Assembly: GCA_040754495.1 (NCBI GenBank)
Contig: JBFMCO010000064.1
Coordinates: forward strand, 1-21,602
Reading direction: 5' to 3'
DNA from: Candidatus Micrarchaeota archaeon
Lineage (GTDB): Archaea > Micrarchaeota > Micrarchaeia > Anstonellales > Bilamarchaeaceae
Length of the DNA: 21,602 bases
The translations under genes and the position numbers were made by a program. Positions within the stretch are counted from its first letter, which is position 1. Each line of letters begins with the position of its first letter. The notes beneath the pieces were generated by a model. The model searched no databases and was not told where the DNA came from. It saw nothing but the letters and a program-made list of their open reading frames with translations. Below, piece after piece: positions 1 through 5,774 of the stretch.

Positions 1-1
1 G

Positions 2-739
2 AAAGGGGCTGAACTTGCAGCCAGATACGCCTACCCTCCGAACAGCTGCGGCTACTGCGGCAACAAGTCGTTCCGGGGCGTTCTCAAAAGGAACCTGCAG
101 GGAGCAGCGAACAGCGCCGCGCTGGAAAAGGAGCTCGCTGGATTCCGCGCGCACCATCTCTACCTCTCGCTCATCGCGAGGGAGAATGAAATGGAGCCAT
201 TCGACATGGAGGTCGTACGCGCACTCTGGACCGGCAACCGGCTCCTTGAAAACGTCCCCGCCCGGGCGCTGCGGGACTTCATGGAGCGCGAACTGTTCCC
301 TCCTGCGAAAGCCGGGCGGGCAAGGGCGCTTGCGGACGCCCTGCCCCGCGGGCTCCTGCCGCACCACAGCTTCAACGTGCTCTACGTGAATTTCGTGACG
401 GACGCGGCCGAGCGCTCGATGGCGAGCTACGACTCCTGCTGCGTGACGAGTGCCAAGGTCCTCTCGGTGTCCGGAAGGTTCGCGGACGTCCTGCGCCGGT
501 CCATATCTTTTGACCGCGGATTTTCCTTCAGGCCCAGGCTGGAAGTCGTGGAGGTAGAGCGGAAGGGAATCAGGCTTGCCGGGGAATTGGCCGAGGGCGA
601 TTCGGTTGCCGTCCATTGGGGCATGGTCGTGGAGCGGCTCGGCCGCGCCGAAGCGGCCGCGCTCGAAAAATACACTCGCATCAACATGGAGGCGCTGAAC
701 CGGGCCGGCACCGCCCCGCGCATCAGCCGACCGCGTTGA
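2..739 (+). CDS. DUF6390-family protein (5' end at window edge)
   Basis: The frame is open from base 2 (KGAELAARYAYPPNSCGYCG...), so the gene extends upstream of the track's 191 start; base 1 'g' may be the end of the ATG. Motifs ARYAYPPN-xGYCG, EPFDxxVVxAxWxGNxLL, PHHSFxVL, CCV and C-terminal VAVHWG match my recollection of DUF6390. Confidence 0.75.
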   Translation, partial: KGAELAARYAYPPNSCGYCGNKSFRGVLKRNLQGAANSAALEKELAGFRAHHLYLSLIARENEMEPFDMEVVRALWTGNRLLENVPARALRDFMERELFPPAKAGRARALADALPRGLLPHHSFNVLYVNFVTDAAERSMASYDSCCVTSAKVLSVSGRFADVLRRSISFDRGFSFRPRLEVVEVERKGIRLAGELAEGDSVAVHWGMVVERLGRAEAAALEKYTRINMEALNRAGTAPRISRPR

Positions 740-1670
740 ACATCAGGCCCACCGCCACGAAACAGATGAAGAGCACGAGCGCGAAAACCCCTATGAGCTT
801 CGGCTTCAGCACCCTCCGGAGGATTATCATCTCAGGCAGCGACAGTGCGGTGATGCTCATCATGAATGCGAGCGCGGTTCCCATCGCCATCCCCTTGCCC
901 ATCAGCGCCTCCACGATTGGTATGGTCCCTGCTGCATTGGAGTAGAGCGGGATGCCTATCAGGACCGCTATCGGGACGGCGAGCGGCTGGCCCGGCCCTG
1001 CCAGCTCTGCAAGAAACGAGACAGGGACGAAGCCGTGGATGATGCTGCCAAGGCCAATGCCAAGCACGATGAAGGGGAGCGTCTTGCGCAGGATTCTCAG
1101 GGTTTCGAAACGGGCGAAGGAGAGCCTCTCGGCCCACGTTCTTCTCTCCTTCGCTTTCACGGCTTTCGTACCCGAGGCGATGTCCTCGACCTCGCCCTCC
1201 AGCCCCATGCGGCCGATGATGATCCCCGCAAGGACCGCAACCGCAAGGCCGCTCGATATGTACAGCAGCGTCATCTGCCATCCCACGAGGCCGAGAAGGA
1301 GCGCCACCGCGACCTCGTTCACCATCGGAGATGCTATCAAAAACGAGAACGTCACCCCGAGCGGCACCCCCGCCTCCATCATCCCCATGAAGATTGGGAC
1401 TGCCGAGCATGAGCAGAACGGTGTGGGCACTCCGAGCAGGGCTGCAAGGACGTTCCCCGTCCCCTCCCTGCTTCCGCCCAGGAGACCCCTTATCCTGGCC
1501 GGCGTTATGAACGTCCTGACTATGGCCACTACGAACATGATGGCCGCGAGCAGTATCGTCACCTTGATGGTGTCGTAGATGAAGAACTCCGCAGCTTCGG
1601 CGAGGTGGCCCTCCATGCGGAGAAGGCCGTATGCAACGAACGCCGCGAAATCCCCGAGAGGGTCGCTCAT
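723..1670 (-). CDS. ArsP/DUF318-type permease
   Basis: Multi-TM protein with TPFCSCSAVP, FLIASPMVNE and GIPLYSNAAG motifs. Start moved to ATG 1670 (MSDPLG), which overlaps the arsR stop (ATGA coupling). Confidence 0.9.
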   Translation of the reverse strand: MSDPLGDFAAFVAYGLLRMEGHLAEAAEFFIYDTIKVTILLAAIMFVVAIVRTFITPARIRGLLGGSREGTGNVLAALLGVPTPFCSCSAVPIFMGMMEAGVPLGVTFSFLIASPMVNEVAVALLLGLVGWQMTLLYISSGLAVAVLAGIIIGRMGLEGEVEDIASGTKAVKAKERRTWAERLSFARFETLRILRKTLPFIVLGIGLGSIIHGFVPVSFLAELAGPGQPLAVPIAVLIGIPLYSNAAGTIPIVEALMGKGMAMGTALAFMMSITALSLPEMIILRRVLKPKLIGVFALVLFICFVAVGLMFNAVG

Positions 1671-1915
1671 CCGACCGCCTCGAGCAGCCTCGCCACCTTC
1701 GGGTTCGAGACGCGGTAGATGACCTTCTTGCCGTCCCTGCGGAAAGAGAGCACCCCGTCTTCCACGAGCTTCTTGAGCTGGAGCGAGACAGTCGGCTGGG
1801 CCTTCCCGACCAGAGCCGGCAGCTCGCATGCGCACCTCTCGCCCCTGAGCAGTATCATTACCATCTTGAGCCTCGTGGGGTCTGAGAGGGCCTTGAATAA
1901 GAGCGTCTTGTCCAT
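1667..1915 (-). CDS. arsR: ArsR/SmtB-family transcriptional regulator
   Basis: FKALSDPTRLxM, CACEL (alpha3 Cys pair), QPTVSxQLKKL HTH and RRDGKKVIY wing. Confidence 0.92.
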   Translation of the reverse strand: MDKTLLFKALSDPTRLKMVMILLRGERCACELPALVGKAQPTVSLQLKKLVEDGVLSFRRDGKKVIYRVSNPKVARLLEAVG

Positions 1916-1918
1916 AAC

Positions 1919-1938
1919 ATATTTATGTATGTAAATAT
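1919..1938. promoter_or_regulatory. Inverted repeat ATATTTA-N6-TAAATAT, probable ArsR autoregulatory operator between TATA and leaderless start
   Basis: Perfect 7-bp arms 4 nt upstream of the arsR ATG. A minus-strand TTATAAAT lies ~20-25 nt upstream of the ATG. Confidence 0.55.
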
Positions 1939-2062
1939 TTATAATCCTCTATATGTCCCGGGCAGGATGCTCTGGTTTAAATACTGTTTGGTGGGAAATC
2001 AACAATGATAACGCTTTACTATATATAATTTCACACAAAAGTTGTCGGATTCTAACAAAAAC

Positions 2063-2077
2063 CGAAAGGTTTATAAC
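2063..2077 (+). promoter_or_regulatory. Archaeal BRE+TATA promoter (CGAAAG-G-TTTATAAC)
   Basis: Canonical BRE/TATA spacing. The predicted TSS at ~2100 coincides with the 5' end of the structured element. Confidence 0.65.
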
Positions 2078-2100
2078 TTTTTCTTGTTATATATCTTATC

Positions 2101-2383
2101 CTGATGCCCTCGATTGGGGCATTTCGGTTGTCCTGAAAAGGATGCGACCGTAGCAGCCTCTGACAAGCAATCGGCCATAAATACGGTGGCTGGGCTATAC
2201 CCGCGACGTCCCGACATATGGGACGGAACGGGGACCAAAACTCACCGTATGGAACCTGTGGCTTGTTAAGCTCGTATTGGCGCGAAGGAGATCACCTTTA
2301 AAGCGGGCGTGGTTGGGTTAAGATCGAAACCCGTGTCCTGTTTAAGGAACTCCCTCACCGAGCCCAGAACCCTGGGGCATCAG
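2101..2383 (+). ncRNA. Unidentified ~285-nt structured RNA (free ncRNA or 5' leader)
   Basis: Terminal helix CTGATGCCC 2101-2109 / GGGCATCAG 2375-2383; GAAA-tetraloop hairpin 2125-2150; nested helices 2161-2168/2261-2268, 2181-2188/2243-2250 and 2207-2212/2220-2225; helix 2270-2274/2359-2363; hairpin 2315-2332. Folded by eye only. Confidence 0.55.
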
Positions 2384-2397
2384 CTAATGGTGATATT

Positions 2398-2556
2398 ATG
2401 GCCAAATCGGCCCAGAAGAAAAAAGGTTCCAAATCTTCAAAGAGCCGGGCAAAGTCCCGCGGCGGCAGGGGCCCCAGCGGAAAGGGCAAAACTTCGAAAG
2501 TGAGAAAGCTCAAGAGGATGGCAAGACAGGAAAAGGCCGGCTCGAGCTACGCGTGA
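2398..2556 (+). CDS. Small highly basic protein, 52 aa (MAKSAQKKKGSKSSKSRAKSRGGRGPSGKGKTSKVRKLKRMARQEKAGSSYA); not in ORF track
   Basis: GGTGAT SD at 2389-2394, ATG 2398, TGA 2554-2556; 19 K/R versus 1 acidic residue. Confidence 0.7.
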   Translation: MAKSAQKKKGSKSSKSRAKSRGGRGPSGKGKTSKVRKLKRMARQEKAGSSYA

Positions 2557-2670
2557 GCCCACCCCCTTCTATGTTTATCTATACGTACAGCCTCAGCCAT
2601 CCAGCAAACTCCGCTTCTTTAACCTGATGTCGCATGCCATCTATCCTGGGTTTTTGGCTGACTTACGCCC

Positions 2671-2686
2671 GGTAGGTGAACCTTAA
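2671..2686. promoter_or_regulatory. Candidate DtxR-family operator GGTAGG-TGAA-CCTTAA upstream of the regulator gene
   Basis: Same 6-4-6 architecture as the boxes at 13251 and 13841; overlaps the TATA-like TTAAAAAG. Confidence 0.45.
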
Positions 2687-2743
2687 AAAGCTATGCACCT
2701 ATAGTTAATTGAAAAAAAATTCACTCCAAAAAGGTGGGGACTA

Positions 2744-3151
2744 ATGTCTTCGTTGTCCAGGATATCGGAAAATTACCTACGAGTTGTGTATGAGATTACC
2801 GAGAAAAAAGGCTATGCGCGGCCAAAGGACATAGCAACGACGCTCTGCGTCTCTTCTGCCAGCGTGACCGAGATGGTCCAGAAGCTCGCGAGGGGCGGGT
2901 ACGTGAACTACGAGAAGCGCGGTGCGATAACACTCACGGATGAGGGCAAGAAGAAGGCGTCTTCCATAAAAATGCGCTACCAGGTCTTCCTCAGGCTCTT
3001 CGAGATGGCCGGCGTCTCGCCCCAGACCGCGTACATGGACGCATGCTACATAGAGCACCACCTCAGCGAGGAGACGGTGTCGAAGCTCGTGGAGCTTGTC
3101 GGGCGCCTTGAGCGGGACGACTCGCTCCGGGGAGACCAGCCGCGGGTCTGA
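2744..3151 (+). CDS. DtxR/MntR-family metal-dependent repressor (two-domain, no FeoA/SH3 domain)
   Basis: SENYLRVVY, VSSASVTEMVQKL HTH, ITLTDEG and DACYIEHHLSEET dimerisation/metal motif. Confidence 0.92.
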   Translation: MSSLSRISENYLRVVYEITEKKGYARPKDIATTLCVSSASVTEMVQKLARGGYVNYEKRGAITLTDEGKKKASSIKMRYQVFLRLFEMAGVSPQTAYMDACYIEHHLSEETVSKLVELVGRLERDDSLRGDQPRV

Positions 3152-3234
3152 GTTCTGTATTTTAGGTTTTTTATTAGTTTCCTACTTGTTTTCGGTCACT
3201 ATATATATTCGTCTAATTCCCATGAACTCTGCTG

Positions 3235-4044
3235 ATGCTGGCAGAATTCATAGTCATGTTCCGGGAAAGCCTTGAGGTCGCCTTCGTGATAGGCATCATC
3301 CTGGCCTACCTGCACAAGACCAAAAACGAGGAATACGAGAAGCACGTCTGGCTGGGAGCCGCGGCCGGCATGGTGCTTTCGCTCGCCCTCGCAACCGCGT
3401 TCCAGTACGTGAAGGGCGGCTTCGAGGCGAACGAAGAGCTTTTCGAGGGCGCGACGCTCATCATAACGAGCGCGCTCGTGAGCTGGCTGATACTGTGGAT
3501 GGTGAAGCAGAAGGAGGTCGTGAAATCCCTCCAGGAGGACGTGCAGGTCAGGCTTGAGCGCGGCGAGGCGCTCGGCCTCTTCCTTCTCGCTCTCAGCGCG
3601 GTCCTGCGCGAGTCGGTCGAGGCCGTCCTGTTCATGTACGGCATCTATATCAACACGGGCGCCCTTTCGCTTCTTTCCGGCTTCTTCGGAGTCGCGGCCG
3701 CGGTCGTATTGGGCATCCTCATGTTCGAATACGCGGTGAAAGTGAATATCGGCTCGTTCTTCAGGGCGACGACCATCATCCTCACTCTGCTCGCCGCGGG
3801 CCTTTTCTCTCAGGGGCTCCACGAGCTTCAGGAGGCATCCATCCTCCCGGTGTGGGTGGAGCACGTCTATGACGTCAATCCCCCCCAGGCGCCTGACGGC
3901 AGCTACCCCCTGCTCCATGAGAAAGGTGCCATCGGCTCGCTGCTCAAGGGCCTTCTGGGCTATGACGGGAATCCGAGCGACCTGCAGGTGGCCGGATATG
4001 TCCTATACGTGGCGGCGGTTTACGTCGCATATAAAAAACGCTGA
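3235..4044 (+). CDS. FTR1-family iron permease
   Basis: Two RExxE motifs (FRESLE, LRESVE), ~7 TM helices and the C-terminal GSLLKGLLGYDGNPS signature. Confidence 0.92.
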   Translation: MLAEFIVMFRESLEVAFVIGIILAYLHKTKNEEYEKHVWLGAAAGMVLSLALATAFQYVKGGFEANEELFEGATLIITSALVSWLILWMVKQKEVVKSLQEDVQVRLERGEALGLFLLALSAVLRESVEAVLFMYGIYINTGALSLLSGFFGVAAAVVLGILMFEYAVKVNIGSFFRATTIILTLLAAGLFSQGLHELQEASILPVWVEHVYDVNPPQAPDGSYPLLHEKGAIGSLLKGLLGYDGNPSDLQVAGYVLYVAAVYVAYKKR

Positions 4045-4054
4045 GGTGCTGCGA

Positions 4055-4387
4055 ATGGGCATTTTCTCCAGGAAAAAAACTTCTCTGACCGGGTCCGATG
4101 TCCTCCAGAGGCAATCATGCAGCGGCTGCTCGGGCTGCTTTTCAAAGCCGATCGAATCCCTCCCGCCCCTGGTGCAGGAAAAGCTTGAGGGGGTCCGAGC
4201 GAAGCTCATCGAAGCAAGGCGGCTGTACCTGGATGCGAAAAAGCCCGCTGCCGCGGAGACGGCGAAGGAAGCCAAGGCGCTCATCGCCCAACTCTCCTCT
4301 TCGGGCGATTTCCGCTCTTCTATAGACAGCATGTTCGCGGCGCATGTTCCAGAGGCCGAAATCCAGCTCTTCATAGCGAGGTCATGA
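4055..4387 (+). CDS. Hypothetical protein with CSGCSGC motif, 110 aa
   Basis: GAGGTG SD at 4043-4048 before ATG 4055 (MGIFSRKK...); tightly packed between FTR1 and the next gene. Confidence 0.65.
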   Translation: MGIFSRKKTSLTGSDVLQRQSCSGCSGCFSKPIESLPPLVQEKLEGVRAKLIEARRLYLDAKKPAAAETAKEAKALIAQLSSSGDFRSSIDSMFAAHVPEAEIQLFIARS

Positions 4388-4388
4388 C

Positions 4389-5714
4389 ATGCCCCGCGAC
4401 CAGCTTGAGCGGACCAGGATGCAACGGCTCAGGGAGAGCCTTGGGGCGAACCTCTCGGATGCCCGCAACCAGGTCAACCGGTTCTTCGGGGCGAAGCTAT
4501 GCGGCGCGTGCGAAGGCTGCAGCGGCGGAAGCTGCGACAAGTGCAAGGGAATGCCTGCCGTGAGCCTGTGGGACGCCGCCACATCCGCCCCCGCGATCGA
4601 GGCGCTGGCACTTCCCGCGACCGAGAAGCCCGTTGCGGAAGCCACGGCATGCAAGCCGGCCGACGGATGCAAGCTTAATCAAGCGCCTGTTGTCTCTCTC
4701 CGCCCGGTGCAGTCTCCCGCCCAGCAGAATAGCCCCAGCGAGGATGTCCGCCTTATACATATATCGGGCCAGAAGCATGCCTCGGCCGTACTGCGCTTCA
4801 GCGCCGAATCCCCCATCCGGGCGGGATTGGTTATTGAAGAAACCCGCCCGCCTCCTATATCCGGTGCTGGAAGCGAGGTCTTGGCCATAGCGCCGCAGGC
4901 TAAGAGCGCCAGGGAAGAGACCCGGTATGCTCCGGTGGAATTGATGAATAGCCGCGGAGCCGGGGAGCAGGCCTCGGTTTTAATGCAAATCCCGGATTCA
5001 TATGCGCCTGCGGGGCCTAAGCCTGAGAAAAGCCCGTTCGAATCGCAAATCCCTGGGGAAGAATCGAAAATCCTAATTGAGCCAGCTGCGGTTCCGGTGC
5101 CGCCCGGTGTCGATGGGAAGAGCATGAATCTGCAGCCCGCCCGGCAGCCGCAGGAAGCCGCAGCCGCCGGCACTGCAGGCGTCATTTCGGAAAATCCCTG
5201 CATGGAGGCCATACTCCGGATGAAATATCCCAAGCCGGCAAACGCGCTCTTGCAGATAAAATCCCCGGCCCCGCAGCGCCCGCAGCAGGGTTTCATGGCG
5301 CTCCGCTTCGAGACCGGCGCAAAGCGGCATGATGGCCGTTCTCTTCCGCCACCCCCCGGAGGCGCGGCAGCGAAAGTAATCCGGCATGCGGCACCTGGGA
5401 CAAGGTTCGAACCTCGGGCTCAGAAGCAGGCACCATATAATACAAAAACAGAATCGCCGAAGCCGGCTCCGCGTGAAAGGCGCATCAGGGGCGGCTCCCC
5501 GGGAACTGAAGCTGAAAAAAAGGCCAAGGTCATGGCATCAGAATTGCCGGAAAAGCCAAAGGCGGCAACAAGACCGCCTAAAAAAACAAGCCCTCCCCGG
5601 CTACTGCCGCACGCAGCCATCCAGAAGAAAAAACGCGGCCGTGCGGCTGAAATCCTGAGGCTGCTTCTTATGCCCCGGCTGCCGTTAAAAAGAAGAAGAC
5701 GCAAGAGGATTTAG
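4389..5714 (+). CDS. Hypothetical protein: N-terminal Cys cluster, long Pro/Ala-rich disordered region, basic C-tail
   Basis: 441-aa ORF starting 1 nt after the previous stop; CGACEGCSGGSCDKC motif; ends LKRRRRKRI. Confidence 0.6.
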   Translation: MPRDQLERTRMQRLRESLGANLSDARNQVNRFFGAKLCGACEGCSGGSCDKCKGMPAVSLWDAATSAPAIEALALPATEKPVAEATACKPADGCKLNQAPVVSLRPVQSPAQQNSPSEDVRLIHISGQKHASAVLRFSAESPIRAGLVIEETRPPPISGAGSEVLAIAPQAKSAREETRYAPVELMNSRGAGEQASVLMQIPDSYAPAGPKPEKSPFESQIPGEESKILIEPAAVPVPPGVDGKSMNLQPARQPQEAAAAGTAGVISENPCMEAILRMKYPKPANALLQIKSPAPQRPQQGFMALRFETGAKRHDGRSLPPPPGGAAAKVIRHAAPGTRFEPRAQKQAPYNTKTESPKPAPRERRIRGGSPGTEAEKKAKVMASELPEKPKAATRPPKKTSPPRLLPHAAIQKKKRGRAAEILRLLLMPRLPLKRRRRKRI

Positions 5715-5774
5715 GCACCTTCTCCGAAACCTCAGCTAATTAGGAAAATCCTCATCTTTTTAAACATTATATAC

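Noticed and set aside
723-739. 17-nt convergent overlap of DUF6390 and permease 3' ends
   Set aside because: Short tail-to-tail overlaps are ordinary in compact genomes.
2101-2383. Identification of the structured RNA as SRP RNA, RNase P RNA, group I intron or hammerhead
   Set aside because: No helix-8 SRP54 motif; no paired P4 strands; the minus-strand GGUAUAGCCC lacks a matching P7 partner and P4-P6; CUGAUGC is not CUGANGA.
2442-2543. RNase P-like GCAAAGUCC with a GAGCCGG/CCGGCUC stem
   Set aside because: Only ~100 nt long, and better explained as the coding sequence of the basic ORF with its SD.
3161-3186. DtxR-type half-sites TTTAGG and CCTACT upstream of FTR1 (also TTTAGGCACC at 5710-5719)
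   Set aside because: The half-sites are not at the 4-nt spacing of the three good boxes; a PWM scan might rescue them.
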